From the IMG/VR virus record IMGVR_UViG_3300008262_003578: DNA of 64,000 bases; one strand, written 5' to 3'. Below the pieces are notes generated by a model. The model did not search any database. It was not told the DNA's origin and saw only the letters and a list, made by a program, of their open reading frames with translations. Of the stretch, positions 38,783 to 48,943 are shown in pieces. Positions within the stretch are counted from its first letter, which is position 1. The number at the start of each line of letters is the position of its first letter. Both the position numbers and the translations under genes were made by a program. The stretch comes from a virus.

Positions 38783-41700
38783 AAACCAAATCTATCTTTT
38801 TCTGAATTAAAATTATTGGTGACCTCAGTAGAGCTTAATTCTCTGTTATATATTCTAATAATAGCGATATAACCTTGGAAATATTCTTGAGGCGAACCTG
38901 CTTGGAACCTACCAACCCGTAAACTAGAAACGTTTGTAACTGTCCCAAAAGGGTCCCCATTACTACCAACTGAAGTACCGTTAAGATATAAATTACCACC
39001 ACTTGGGCCGTGTGTTGCAACAACGTGAGCCCATGTATTTGCGGTTAATACTGTTGGTGATGATGTATAATTAATTGCCGAACCATCAGCAATAAAATTA
39101 ATATTTCCCGATGTATTAATTCTCAATCTATAACCGTTATTACTATCTTTTGAAATTATATTAGGGCTATTAGTAAACCCTGTTGGTCTAATAAACGCCT
39201 CAACAGTACAACCCGTTGATAATTGTATTGATGCGTTATTACCATCTAACCCATCATCACCAGCACCATCAAAAAGTAAACTACCATAAACTTGAGGTAT
39301 ATTTGGAAAATACGTAACACCCGAACTTAAGACGGTATCGTTATTATTTGTTGTTAAATCAAGTAAATTGGTACTCCCTGAATAAGAATTTTCATTACCC
39401 GCATCATACCATAAAACTAATCCTGACTGAGTTAGATTACAACTTGGACAACACCCCACGGCTGTTACAGACCCAGCACCTGAACGGGATGGGGTAGTAC
39501 TGGAACATACATATACAGGACTCTGAAAATTATTTATAATAATTGGTGATGTTGCGGCCTCATCACAACAAGGGGTAAATGTAAATGTTGTATTCGCAGG
39601 AAATGAGTTTGACACCAATTCATACTGAAGACAACTACAAGTTGGTGTTGGTGTTGGTGTTCTTGTTGGAGTAACGGTTCTTGTAGGTGTATTTGTTGGT
39701 GTTCTTGTTGGAGTAAGAGTTCTTGTTGGTGTATTAGTAGGTGTTCTTGTTGGAGTAACGGTTCTTGTAGGTGTATTGGATGGTGTTCTTGTTGGAGTAA
39801 CGGTTCTTGTAGGTGTGTTGGTAGGTGTGTTGGTAGGTGTATTTGTTGGTGTTACAGTATTAGTTGGGGTATTAGTTGAAGTTCTTGTAGGTGTATTTGT
39901 TGGTGTTCTTGTTGGAGTAACGGTTCTTGTAGGTGTATTTGTTGAGGTATTGGTTGGTGTAACGGTTCTTGTAGGTGTATTTGTTGGTGTATTTGTTGAG
40001 GTATTGGTTGGTGTGTTAGTAGGTGTCCTTGTAGGTGTTACAGTATTAGTTGGGGTATTAGTTGAAGTTCTTGTAGGTGTGTTGGTTGGAGTATTTGTTG
40101 GAGTAACGGTTCTTGTAGGTGTATTTGTTGAGGTATTGGTTGGTGTAACGGTTCTTGTAGGTGTATTTGTTGAGGTATTGGTTGGTGTGTTAGTAGGTGT
40201 CCTTGTAGGTGTTACAGTATTAGTAGGTGTCCTTGTAGGTGTTGCAGTATTAGTAGGTGTTTGAGTGTTACTTGGTGTTGGTGTAGGAGTTACATCATCA
40301 GTACAGATTATTAAAGTTGCGCTTGATAACGTACCAGCATCTACTACCGCAAAATCTTGGATATATAATGACCAAGTACCATTTGAATTTGGTGGTTGTA
40401 TTCCGTCAAATACAGTAAACTCAGGTGAGTTACCAGGAGCCACCAAAGGAGGTACTGGACAAGGGGCACTAAACGTCATTGAGTTTTGTATTGTAGAGTT
40501 ATTACCAAATGTACCTGAACTAAATCCATTCCAATCAGGCGTTGAGAAAGACGTTAATGTAACTGTTACATTAGTTGCGGTTGTAACACCACCTATTCTA
40601 CCCGCAATTAATGAATAAGTTGAATTATCAGGTGCAACTAAAACCATCCCAACGTCCCCAACCGCATTGTGAGAATAACCACTAAGTACAAATTTAACAT
40701 CTGTAATTGGTGTAACTAAACCTGATACTGTAAAAGTTATAGGGTATACTGATGCGGTTGTATTATCGTTAATTATAATATTTGTCTGATTTGAAGGGAA
40801 TGAAAAACAGAATTGTGAAGGGGTTTCAGTTAATGTAGGTGTGTTTGTAGGTGTTGATGTTCTTGTAGGTGTATTTGTAGGTGTTGATGTCCTTGTAGGT
40901 GTGTTTGTTGATGTCCTTGTAGGTGTTGATGTCCTTGTAGGTGTGTTTGTTATAGTGTTAGTAGGTGTTTGGGTAGGTGTTTGGGTAGGAGTTGGTGTAT
41001 TAGTTGGTGTTCTTGTTGGCGTCACCGTATTGGTCGGGGTGTTAGTTGAGGTTCTTGTCGGAGTGTTAGTTGGTGTAGATGTTCTTGTAGGTGTATTAGT
41101 CGGAGTATTTGTATTAGTCGGAGTATTAGTCGGAGTATTAGTTGGTGTTGGTGTTGGAGTTGGTGTTGGACATATACCTCCAGAACAAAATCCACCTATA
41201 GTGAATTCTAATTTAGGACTACTAACAATAGGATTACTACCACAAACTCTAAATGAATCATTACCTGGATTTGTAACACCTGTAACGGTAACATTTGAAC
41301 AATCAACATAACTATATGTGATAAAACCCTCTATTGTTGTATCTAAAAAGTCAATACAATTACATGGGTATTGAGTTGGTGTTGGTGTTACAGTATTAGT
41401 TGAAGTGTTAGTTGGTGTCTGAGTATTTGTTTGAGTTGGTGTCTGAGTACTTGTTTGAGTTGGTGTTACAGTATTTGTAGGGGTATTAGTTGGTGTATTC
41501 GTTGCGGTTCTTGTAGGGGTATTAGTTGGTGTGGATGTTCTTGTAGGGGTATTCGTTGAGGTATTCGTAGGAGTGTTAGTAGGAGTGTTAGTAGGAGTGT
41601 TAGTAGGAGTAACGGTATTTGTTGGTGTATTCGTTGCGGTATTTGTTGGTGTATTTGTTGAGGTGTTAGTAGGTGTAACAGTATTTGTTATCGTGTTTGT

Positions 41701-44031
41701 TGGCGTATTAGTTGGTGTATTTGTCGGTGTTATAGTGTTAGTAGGAGTATTAGTTGAGGTATTCGTTGGAGTATTAGTAGGTGTAACAGTTCTTGTTGGT
41801 GTGTTAGTCGGAGTTTGAGTTGAAGTAATAGTTGGAGTTACGGTATTTGTAGGAGTGTTTGTTGGTGTCTGAGTTAATGTGTTCGTTGGTGTTAAAGTAT
41901 TAGTCGGTGTATTGGTTGGAGTTTGTGTTATTGTACCTGTAGGTGTAATTGTGTTTGTAGGTGTGTTCGTAGGGGTTTGAGTAATAGTGTTGGTTGGTGT
42001 TAAAGTATTTGTAGGTGTATTTGTAGGGGTGATAGTAGATGTTACAGTATTTGTAGGTGTATTGGTTGGTGTTTGAGTTGATGTATTAGTAGGTGTTATA
42101 GTGTTAGTAGGTGTAACAGTTCTTGTTGGAGTATTAGTAGGTGTGTTAGTCGGAGTTTGAGTGGAAGTATTAGTTGGCGTTACAGTATTCGTTGGAGTAT
42201 TTGTAGGTGTGTTGGTCGGAGTTTGGGTTGAAGTGTTTGTTGGGGTTACAGTATTAGTTGGAGTATTCGTTGGTGTGTTAGTTGCAGTTCTTGTTGGTGT
42301 AACGGTATTCGTTGGAGTATTTGTTGATGTGTTCGTAGGTGTTTGAGTTGATGTGTTTGTTGGGGTAATAGTATTTGTCGGCGTATTAGTTGGTGTATTT
42401 GTTGATGTGTTTGTAGGTGTATTTGTTGGAGTACCTGTGTTAGTGGACGTATTAGTCGGAGTTTGTGTTGAAGTTATTGTCGGTGTAACAGTATTTGTAG
42501 GTGTATTTGTTGGAGTTTGAGTTGAAGTATTAGTTGGTGTGACAGTATTCGTAGGTGTATTAGTTGGTGTTTGAGTGGGGGTCTCAGTATTAGTTGGGGT
42601 TATCGTGTTAGTTGGCGTTTGAGTAGGTGTTTCAGTATTAGTTGGGGTTATGGTATTAGTTGGCGTTTGAGTAGGTGTCTCTGTGTTTGTTGGTGTGATT
42701 GTGTTTGTCGGTGTGACTGTGTTAGTTGGTGTTTGAGTAGGTGTTTCAGTGTTAGTTGGAGTAATAGTGTTAGTTGGGGTAATAGTGTTAGTTGGTGTTA
42801 TTGTGTTCGTAGGGGTGTTCGTGGGAGTTTCAGTGTTAGTTGGTGTTATTGTGTTCGTAGGGGTGTTCGTAGGGGTCTCAGTATTGGTTGGTGTTATTGT
42901 GTTCGTAGGGGTGTTCGTAGGGGTCTCAGTATTGGTTGGTGTTATTGTGTTAGTCGGCGTTTGAGTAGGGGTCTCAGTATTGGTTGGGGTTATCGTGTTA
43001 GTTGGGGTAGGTGTAGGAGTTTCAGTGTTAGTTGGTGTTATTGTATTTGTTGGGGTGTTCGTAGGGGTCTCAGTATTGGTTGGTGTTAATGTGTTCGTTG
43101 GAGTGTTCGTTGGAGTTTCAGTATTAGTTGGGGTAATGGTATTAGTTGGGGTATTAGTAGGTGTTTCAGTCGGAGTTGGGGTAATGGTATTAGTTGGCGT
43201 TTGAGTAGGTGTTTCAGTATTAGTTGGAGTTATTGTATTAGTTGGTGTAATTGTGTTAGTCGGTGTTTGAGTAGGAGTCTCAGTATTAGTAGGTGTTAAT
43301 GTATTCGTAGGTGTGTTCGTAGGGGTCTCAGTATTGGTTGGTGTTATTGTGTTAGTCGGTGTTTGAGTAGGAGTTTCAGTAGGTGTATTCGTCGGAGTTT
43401 CAGTAGGTGTGTTCGTTGGTGTTTCAGTAGGTGTATTTGTTGCAGTTTTTGTTGGTGTGTTCGTCGGAGTTTCAGTTGGTGTGTTAGTTGGTGTTTCAGT
43501 TGGAGTGTTAGTTGGCGTCTCAGTTGGAGTGTTAGTAGGGGTCTCAGTTGGTGTATTTGTTGCAGTTTTTGTTGGGGTGTTAGTAGGTGTTTCAGTTGGG
43601 GTGTTAGTAGGTGTTTCAGTTGGGGTGTTAGTAGGTGTTTCAGTTGGGGTGTTAGTAGGTGTTTCAGTTGGGGTGTTAGTTGGAGTTTCAGTTGGGGTGT
43701 TAGTTGGAGTTTCAGTTGGGGTGTTAGTTGGTGTTGGAGTTGAAGTTGGAGTCGGTGTTGGAGTCGGTGTTGGAGTTGGGGTTGGGGTTGGGGTCGTAAT
43801 TAGTGATATACAATAAACAATTTCAAATCGTTCACAACCATCATTTGTTATAATTTTAATACCAACTGCAGGTGCGCTATCAAATTGACTGGGTAATAAA
43901 AATGTTGTACTTGGAGGTACTAAAGTATTAATTGTTGCAATTAGAACACATTGATTACCAAATACGTCACAAACGTAAATCTGATATGGGTTTGGTAAAC
44001 CTGATATGTTACTTATTTCAATTGAAGTCAT
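38779..44031 (-). CDS. Mucin-like Thr/Pro-repeat virion adhesin with proprotein-convertase P-like domain and C-terminal LamG/ConA domain
   Basis: Over 1000 aa of [12 protein letters not shown] repeats; P-domain-like [13 protein letters not shown]...[10 protein letters not shown]; Lam[10 protein letters not shown]...WAHVVAT...LYLNG...IRIYNRELS; TATTTAT just upstream. Confidence 0.85.
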   Translation of the reverse strand: MTSIEISNISGLPNPYQIYVCDVFGNQCVLIATINTLVPPSTTFLLPSQFDSAPAVGIKIITNDGCERFEIVYCISLITTPTPTPTPTPTPTPTPTSTPTPTNTPTETPTNTPTETPTNTPTETPTNTPTETPTNTPTETPTNTPTETPTNTPTKTATNTPTETPTNTPTETPTNTPTETPTNTPTETPTNTPTKTATNTPTETPTNTPTETPTNTPTETPTQTPTNTITPTNTETPTNTPTNTLTPTNTETPTQTPTNTITPTNTITPTNTETPTQTPTNTITPTPTETPTNTPTNTITPTNTETPTNTPTNTLTPTNTETPTNTPTNTITPTNTETPTPTPTNTITPTNTETPTQTPTNTITPTNTETPTNTPTNTITPTNTETPTNTPTNTITPTNTETPTNTPTNTITPTNTITPTNTITPTNTETPTQTPTNTVTPTNTITPTNTETPTQTPTNTITPTNTETPTQTPTNTITPTNTETPTQTPTNTPTNTVTPTNTSTQTPTNTPTNTVTPTITSTQTPTNTSTNTGTPTNTPTNTSTNTPTNTPTNTITPTNTSTQTPTNTSTNTPTNTVTPTRTATNTPTNTPTNTVTPTNTSTQTPTNTPTNTPTNTVTPTNTSTQTPTNTPTNTPTRTVTPTNTITPTNTSTQTPTNTPTNTVTSTITPTNTPTNTLTPTNTITQTPTNTPTNTITPTGTITQTPTNTPTNTLTPTNTLTQTPTNTPTNTVTPTITSTQTPTNTPTRTVTPTNTPTNTSTNTPTNTITPTNTPTNTPTNTITNTVTPTNTSTNTPTNTATNTPTNTVTPTNTPTNTPTNTPTNTSTNTPTRTSTPTNTPTRTATNTPTNTPTNTVTPTQTSTQTPTQTNTQTPTNTSTNTVTPTPTQYPCNCIDFLDTTIEGFITYSYVDCSNVTVTGVTNPGNDSFRVCGSNPIVSSPKLEFTIGGFCSGGICPTPTPTPTPTNTPTNTPTNTNTPTNTPTRTSTPTNTPTRTSTNTPTNTVTPTRTPTNTPTPTQTPTQTPTNTITNTPTRTSTPTRTSTNTPTRTSTPTNTPTRTSTPTNTPTLTETPSQFCFSFPSNQTNIIINDNTTASVYPITFTVSGLVTPITDVKFVLSGYSHNAVGDVGMVLVAPDNSTYSLIAGRIGGVTTATNVTVTLTSFSTPDWNGFSSGTFGNNSTIQNSMTFSAPCPVPPLVAPGNSPEFTVFDGIQPPNSNGTWSLYIQDFAVVDAGTLSSATLIICTDDVTPTPTPSNTQTPTNTATPTRTPTNTVTPTRTPTNTPTNTSTNTPTRTVTPTNTSTNTPTRTVTPTNTPTNTPTRTSTNTPTNTVTPTRTPTNTPTNTSTNTPTNTPTRTVTPTNTSTNTPTRTVTPTRTPTNTPTRTSTNTPTNTVTPTNTPTNTPTNTPTRTVTPTRTPSNTPTRTVTPTRTPTNTPTRTLTPTRTPTNTPTRTVTPTRTPTPTPTCSCLQYELVSNSFPANTTFTFTPCCDEAATSPIIINNFQSPVYVCSSTTPSRSGAGSVTAVGCCPSCNLTQSGLVLWYDAGNENSYSGSTNLLDLTTNNNDTVLSSGVTYFPNIPQVYGSLLFDGAGDDGLDGNNASIQLSTGCTVEAFIRPTGFTNSPNIISKDSNNGYRLRINTSGNINFIADGSAINYTSSPTVLTANTWAHVVATHGPSGGNLYLNGTSVGSNGDPFGTVTNVSSLRVGRFQAGSPQEYFQGYIAIIRIYNRELSSTEVTNNFNSEKDRFGL
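39640..40288 (-). repeat. Thr/Pro coding repeat, Arg-containing units ([11 protein letters not shown])
   Basis: Visible in DNA and translation between the P-domain and LamG. Confidence 0.9.
40830..41166 (-). repeat. Thr/Pro coding repeat ([10 protein letters not shown])
   Basis: Visible in translation between the Cys-containing module and the P-domain. Confidence 0.9.
41368..43797 (-). repeat. Main Thr/Pro coding repeat (~810 aa)
   Basis: [28 protein letters not shown] units; exact 24-bp tandem copies gttggggtgttagtaggtgtttca at 43571-43666. Confidence 0.92.
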
Positions 44032-44082
44032 TATATTACATAAATATTTAATTCACTTTTTTATATCTGAATAAAACTAAGT

Positions 44083-46170
44083 TTATGCGAGACACTTTTC
44101 ACAGGATGCTGTAACGGATATAATCGGTGAACCTAAAATTATGTTAGGGTATGTAATTGAACAAAAACTAATTGAACCTTCATCAAAAGTATATGGTGAC
44201 GGTAATGATTCACCACAACATGGAGTATATTCAAATGTGATAGAATTGCCTTTTGTTGTATTAACAGTATAAGTATAACACTCAGAAAAAGTTGTACAAA
44301 CAGCACAACCACCTAAATTAGATAATCCTAAAGGACCAACATTTAAAATTATATTATTAACCCCGATTACTTGAGTTGTAATCCCAACATATGAAATACA
44401 TTTAGTTAATCCGTCAACAGTTGAATAGAATACTTGATATTGTTCTAAAGTCCCTCCTGATGGGATAGTTACGTTATTAGTGGTATAATACATTGTTCCA
44501 TTGTAACAATCTTGAAATTGTTTACTCACAGGACAATTAATCATTTCATTAACCGTATTAAATGTTACATCACCAGAGTATTGACACGGCCTTTCAACAA
44601 TACCCGAAGGTGTTGGTGTTATTGTAGGAGTCGGGCTTGGTGTTGGCGTAAACGATAAAATAGTTGCACCAACATTTACACCTCCACAAACATTTGTTGG
44701 ACTTGGTGTTGGGGTAGGTGTGGGTGTTGTTGTTTGAGTTGGGGTGGGGGTAGGGGTTGGCTCAAACTCGCAATTAAATAACGATTCAAAATCAAAAGTA
44801 TCACAAGGTGACGTTGTTGTAGTTGTGGTTGAACAAGTTCCTTCAGAAAAATATTCTGAAAGTAAATCAGGACAAACACTAACACAAGGTGATTTACCTG
44901 AAAGAAAGCAAGGACCGTCTAAAGACATCGCTAAACACCATTGAGTGTTACCTGTTGAATAATAAATAAATAAACCATTAGATTCCCCAACCCAATAAGG
45001 TTTACCGTTATGTAAACCACTCTCAATGTAGTTATCATCATATGATATATTTTCCGTATTTGAAACACAATAACCTGATGTGTTACATATATCACCACAA
45101 CAATCACTTTCTTCAGAACAATTTTCTTCTTGTAAAACAAATTCACTTAAAACACTTTCACCTGAAACTATTATATCATCTTGATAATAATAAAGTGTTG
45201 GTGACATTGGTGTTTCGCAGAATTCATATGAAACACAAGTTCCACTACATTCAGAATAAACATATCCTGAAGGACAAGTATAACCTGATGAATCGTAATT
45301 ACCTAATGTGTCTTGAACTATAGTAAATTCTGTTTGGCCTGATGTTGTGAATATTATATAAGGTTCTAATGCCGCATAAGTCGTTAAACCAGTTAATGTT
45401 GCTAAATCACCATCATAAATCTCACATCCAAAACCACCTTGACTACCAGCATTTAATCCGTAAACCTCCAAAGTATGGTCACCTGCACCAATCTCAACGG
45501 GGTATACGTTCCATCTTTTAAAGGATTGACCGTTACTCGTTGTGAAAGGATTAGGAGGTAAAGAAGTATCTACAATAAGATTACCATCTAAGACAAGTCT
45601 AAAATCATCATCAGCCCCAATTCCAACCCAGTATGTTTTTGTTTCAGTAATCCCTGATAAACAAGATGAAAATCCTAACCATTTGTTGAATGGTGGTGCA
45701 CTTCCACCTGTTGTTGGCCAAATGGCACATCTATTTAAAGGGCCTTCAGAAATAGTGTCACCAACATTTTCCCACGAATCAACACCTGTAACTATAGTAT
45801 ATGTTGCACCTGAACCACATTGACAAAATCCTGGTTGGTAAAAATAACTACCAAATTGTGAATACACAAAAAATGATGTGGCAACCGCCGATAATGGTGA
45901 TACAGGAGGTGTTGCGGCTGTTGTAATTTCTCTGTAGCAAGATGTTTCGTCATAAACGACCCATCCGTCACCCGCACAAATACTACAATCTGCGGAAGTT
46001 GTCATACAATAACAGTAATACCCTCTATCTGTAAATTCATTTACAACAGGGGTTGACTCACAATCTAAAAAACCATCAATAAAGACGGTATTATCGGTGT
46101 ATAGGGTATTACCTGTTGATGAACTAATATCATTAGGGTCAATTCTGACTAATAAACAATTACAACTCAT
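44083..46170 (-). CDS. Cys-rich adhesin-like protein with PA14-like domain and Thr/Pro tracts
   Basis: YWVGIGADDDFRLVLDG...EIGAGDHTLEV is PA14-like; STTTTTTS and PTPTPTPT linkers. Confidence 0.65.
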   Translation of the reverse strand: MSCNCLLVRIDPNDISSSTGNTLYTDNTVFIDGFLDCESTPVVNEFTDRGYYCYCMTTSADCSICAGDGWVVYDETSCYREITTAATPPVSPLSAVATSFFVYSQFGSYFYQPGFCQCGSGATYTIVTGVDSWENVGDTISEGPLNRCAIWPTTGGSAPPFNKWLGFSSCLSGITETKTYWVGIGADDDFRLVLDGNLIVDTSLPPNPFTTSNGQSFKRWNVYPVEIGAGDHTLEVYGLNAGSQGGFGCEIYDGDLATLTGLTTYAALEPYIIFTTSGQTEFTIVQDTLGNYDSSGYTCPSGYVYSECSGTCVSYEFCETPMSPTLYYYQDDIIVSGESVLSEFVLQEENCSEESDCCGDICNTSGYCVSNTENISYDDNYIESGLHNGKPYWVGESNGLFIYYSTGNTQWCLAMSLDGPCFLSGKSPCVSVCPDLLSEYFSEGTCSTTTTTTSPCDTFDFESLFNCEFEPTPTPTPTQTTTPTPTPTPSPTNVCGGVNVGATILSFTPTPSPTPTITPTPSGIVERPCQYSGDVTFNTVNEMINCPVSKQFQDCYNGTMYYTTNNVTIPSGGTLEQYQVFYSTVDGLTKCISYVGITTQVIGVNNIILNVGPLGLSNLGGCAVCTTFSECYTYTVNTTKGNSITFEYTPCCGESLPSPYTFDEGSISFCSITYPNIILGSPIISVTASCEKCLA

Positions 46171-46385
46171 TATGGTATTAAATTTTCTTCAACCGAGCAA
46201 CCGTTATTATCCACAATTTTTAAATTATATGATGATTGACCATCCAATAATGTAGGTACGTTAAATACATAAGGAACAGTTGAAATTGTACTTATATATA
46301 TGCAAGTTGTGATTGGGTCATCACATATGTATATATCGTATGGTTGAACTCCCGAAATTGTGTTTATGGTTATTTGCGTCGGCAT
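46170..46385 (-). CDS. 71-aa protein, paralog of the N-terminal domain of the 1750-aa adhesin
   Basis: ITINTISGVQPYDIYICD...NLKIVDNNGC vs [19 protein letters not shown]...[10 protein letters not shown]; TATTTAT at 46402-46408 on the minus strand. Confidence 0.75.
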   Translation of the reverse strand: MPTQITINTISGVQPYDIYICDDPITTCIYISTISTVPYVFNVPTLLDGQSSYNLKIVDNNGCSVEENLIP

Positions 46386-46470
46386 TTATTTTGTTTTTAA
46401 AATAAATATAAAGGAGGTCAAAAACTTGTGAAGGTTGATTCATATATTATTTATTCTTATTTTAGGTGTA

Positions 46471-47370
46471 ATGTCAGACGATAAAGAAATATTGGTTGAA
46501 TTGCTCAAAGAAATTTTGGGTGATGAGAAACTTCACTACGAACATAGGGGTCAAATCTCATTTGATTGTCCTGTTTGTGATGAGGATAGACACAAGGGTA
46601 ATCTTGAGGTTAATTATTTCTCACATGTTTATAAATGTTGGTCTTGCGGCGATAGCGAGGGGACTCACGGACCTTTGGGTAAGTTGTTTGATAAATATGG
46701 TAATCGTAAACAAAAAAAGGTTTATAAAATCCTCCAACCAGAGGAAAATAAACCCAAAGAAAAGAAAGTTAAAAAATTAACATTACCACCAAATTTCACC
46801 CTCTTCAAGGATTCAAACCCAAGATACCCTATATATCAACAGGCATATAACTATCTTAAAAGTAGAGGTATTACTAATGATATAATTGAAAAGTATGGGA
46901 TTGGGTTTTGTGATAAGGGTAGTCATTCAGGTAGAATAGTTGTTCCGTCATATGATAAGAAAGGTGAATTGAACTATTATATTGCGAGAAGTTGGGACCC
47001 CCACACCAAAGCTAAATACAAGAACCCAGAGGCTGAAAAAGATAAGATAATCTTTAACGAAAACCTAATTGATTGGAACAAAGATATCTATTTGGTTGAA
47101 GGCGCGTTTGATTCGGTGTTCTTACCCAATAGTATTGCAATGCTTGGTAAACATATGTCGGATTTACTATTTGAAACGATATATAATAAAGCCAAAGGTA
47201 ACATCATAATATGTTTGGATAGTGACGCTTGGAGTGATGCCACCAAGTTATACCACAATTTAAATGGTGGTGATTTATATGGTAGAGTTAAGATTATAAA
47301 ATTAACGGGAGATTCGGATGTTGCCGATTTAAGAGGGGAAATAAATGAATATTATTATAATATGCGATGA
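46471..47370 (+). CDS. dnaG: DNA primase (Zn finger + TOPRIM)
   Basis: CPVC...H...CWSC zinc finger; LVEGAFD, LGK, ICLDSDA TOPRIM motifs. ATG 46471 preferred over TTG 46435, which lies in a promoter -35. Confidence 0.88.
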   Translation: MSDDKEILVELLKEILGDEKLHYEHRGQISFDCPVCDEDRHKGNLEVNYFSHVYKCWSCGDSEGTHGPLGKLFDKYGNRKQKKVYKILQPEENKPKEKKVKKLTLPPNFTLFKDSNPRYPIYQQAYNYLKSRGITNDIIEKYGIGFCDKGSHSGRIVVPSYDKKGELNYYIARSWDPHTKAKYKNPEAEKDKIIFNENLIDWNKDIYLVEGAFDSVFLPNSIAMLGKHMSDLLFETIYNKAKGNIIICLDSDAWSDATKLYHNLNGGDLYGRVKIIKLTGDSDVADLRGEINEYYYNMR

Positions 47371-48224
47371 ATTTATACGAGATTAGAGATGAGATTAATG
47401 AAATAATCAAAAAGAAACAAGAAGAACTACAATTAACATTCGTTGAGGACACACACACTTATACGATGTTAGATAAGAAAGGTGAGTTAAGGTCTGATTG
47501 GCCATCTGTATCAAAAGTTATGAAACTTTTTTATACTGAGTTTGACTCTGATGGAATTGCTGATAAGAAAGCCGCTGGAGACCCTGTTGAGAAAGAGAGG
47601 TTATTGAAGGAATGGTCCCAAGCTGGTACATATTCCACAAATATGGGTTCCAGAGTCCACTATTTTTTGGAGAAGAAGTCAGTTGAGATGTTTGGTTTGG
47701 ACAAAGAAGTGAGGGAACCAATATTTGAGGTTGATTTTACTCAGATATTAAAAGGGGATTCTATGATATCTGCGGGTAGTAGATATTTGGAATTGATGTT
47801 AGAAAGAGAAGGTGTTCTATTGGATACTGAAATTGTGTTAGGAAGTAATGAACTTGGATATGTTGGACAACCTGATAAGAAGTGGTTGTTCTTTAATAAA
47901 GACAAAACAGAGGTAGGTATTGTGGTAACAGATTGGAAGACAAATAAGAAGAAGAACTTTGAAGCGAATCACTTTACCAAAAAGATGAAATACCCCTTCA
48001 ATAACTTGGATGATACCGCACTTGGACACTACTTCACTCAATTACCATTTTATGGTAAATTACTTTTAGATATGTTGAAAGGTAGTAAATACGAGAACAT
48101 TAAGATATATGGATGTATTGTTGTTCACTTAAGTGATGAGGGTGAATATGAGGAATATAGAGTCCCCAAACAAGTTTTAAACACAATACTTGATATGGAT
48201 ATGTCAAAGTATTTGACAAAATAA
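47367..48224 (+). CDS. PD-(D/E)XK exonuclease (RecB/Cas4-like fold)
   Basis: PSVSKV, GSRVH, GQPD...TDWKTN, YFTQLPFY motifs. Confidence 0.8.
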   Translation: MNLYEIRDEINEIIKKKQEELQLTFVEDTHTYTMLDKKGELRSDWPSVSKVMKLFYTEFDSDGIADKKAAGDPVEKERLLKEWSQAGTYSTNMGSRVHYFLEKKSVEMFGLDKEVREPIFEVDFTQILKGDSMISAGSRYLELMLEREGVLLDTEIVLGSNELGYVGQPDKKWLFFNKDKTEVGIVVTDWKTNKKKNFEANHFTKKMKYPFNNLDDTALGHYFTQLPFYGKLLLDMLKGSKYENIKIYGCIVVHLSDEGEYEEYRVPKQVLNTILDMDMSKYLTK

Positions 48225-48241
48225 AACAAATTTAATATTAT
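48213..48241 (+). promoter_or_regulatory. TTGACA-N17-TATTAT promoter
   Basis: Near-consensus sigma70 hexamers with 17-nt spacer ahead of the small-gene cluster. Confidence 0.65.
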
Positions 48242-48247
48242 TAGACT

Positions 48248-48337
48248 ATGGAATCTACAATTACAATTGCATGGTGGTATAACACATCGTGGGATAAAGA
48301 AGTTGGAAAAATAAACATCAAATATATAATAAAATGA
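48248..48337 (+). CDS. 29-aa micro-ORF (not in ORF track)
   Basis: MESTITIAWWYNTSWDKEVGKINIKYIIK; first ATG after the promoter; its TGA overlaps the next ATG (ATGA). Confidence 0.4.
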   Translation: MESTITIAWWYNTSWDKEVGKINIKYIIK

Positions 48338-48582
48338 AACTTTACATGACCAAAACCTATGAGGTTTACGAATCTTATGGACCAATTGAAATTAACTTAG
48401 AAGATTATCCTGAACTTGAAGGGAAAACTGAAGAAGAAATTGTTGAACATTTTAACGAAATTATGTACGAAGAAAACATTAAAGGGGGTTCTGAAAGTAC
48501 ATTATCGGACGAGTTTCAGTTTAATACTGAAATGATTAAACAAAAATACACAAATGAGGAAGAAGAAATAGTAAATTACTAA
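48334..48582 (+). CDS. Acidic hypothetical protein (82 aa)
   Basis: Clean ORF in a packed cluster. Confidence 0.7.
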   Translation: MKLYMTKTYEVYESYGPIEINLEDYPELEGKTEEEIVEHFNEIMYEENIKGGSESTLSDEFQFNTEMIKQKYTNEEEEIVNY

Positions 48583-48584
48583 TT

Positions 48585-48800
48585 ATGGAAGATTTAATAC
48601 AACCTAGAATTGACTTAAAGAAACAACCTACGGTAGTTTGTGAGGAATGTGGTAGTACCTATTTTAAAGAAGTGGTTTTAATTAAAAAAGTTGCGGCGTT
48701 ATTAACTGGTAGTTCTGAAGACACTATAGTACCATTCCCAACATACAGATGTGATGATTGTGGTCATGTTAATGAAGAATTTAAATTATTTGATAATTAA
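48585..48800 (+). CDS. Small zinc-ribbon protein
   Basis: CEECG and CDDCG pairs. Confidence 0.8.
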   Translation: MEDLIQPRIDLKKQPTVVCEECGSTYFKEVVLIKKVAALLTGSSEDTIVPFPTYRCDDCGHVNEEFKLFDN

Positions 48801-48943
48801 TGGAAATTGGTAAAATGAAATATAGTGATGTCAAACCATATTTAGTTGTGATTGCACACACTTATGGTCTAAAATTAAATAGGGTTAAAGAATTTAAAAT
48901 GGCTCGGTTGATATTAGCTAATTTATATAATATGGGGGTATGA
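48800..48943 (+). CDS. 47-aa hypothetical protein (not in ORF track)
   Basis: MEIGKMKYSDVKPYLVVIAHTYGLKLNRVKEFKMARLILANLYNMGV; TAATG overlap at the start and ATGA overlap at the end fill the gap exactly. Confidence 0.7.
   Translation: MEIGKMKYSDVKPYLVVIAHTYGLKLNRVKEFKMARLILANLYNMGV

Noticed and set aside
43571-43738. Possible CRISPR array
   Set aside because: Units are head-to-tail with no unique spacers and are in frame within a coding repeat; no cas genes (the PD-(D/E)XK nuclease is a typical phage exonuclease).
39776-43816. Plus-strand Val/Gly/Leu-rich or SWC-repeat ORFs (e.g. 39776-40264, 40841-41311, 42571-43089, 43409-43816)
   Set aside because: They are antisense shadows of ACN/CCN/AAY codons in the minus-strand Thr/Pro repeats; no promoters or start context, and they end wherever the repeat unit changes.
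38530-46470. Invertible segment explaining the minus-strand cassette
   Set aside because: No inverted repeats seen at the boundaries and no site-specific recombinase in the window.
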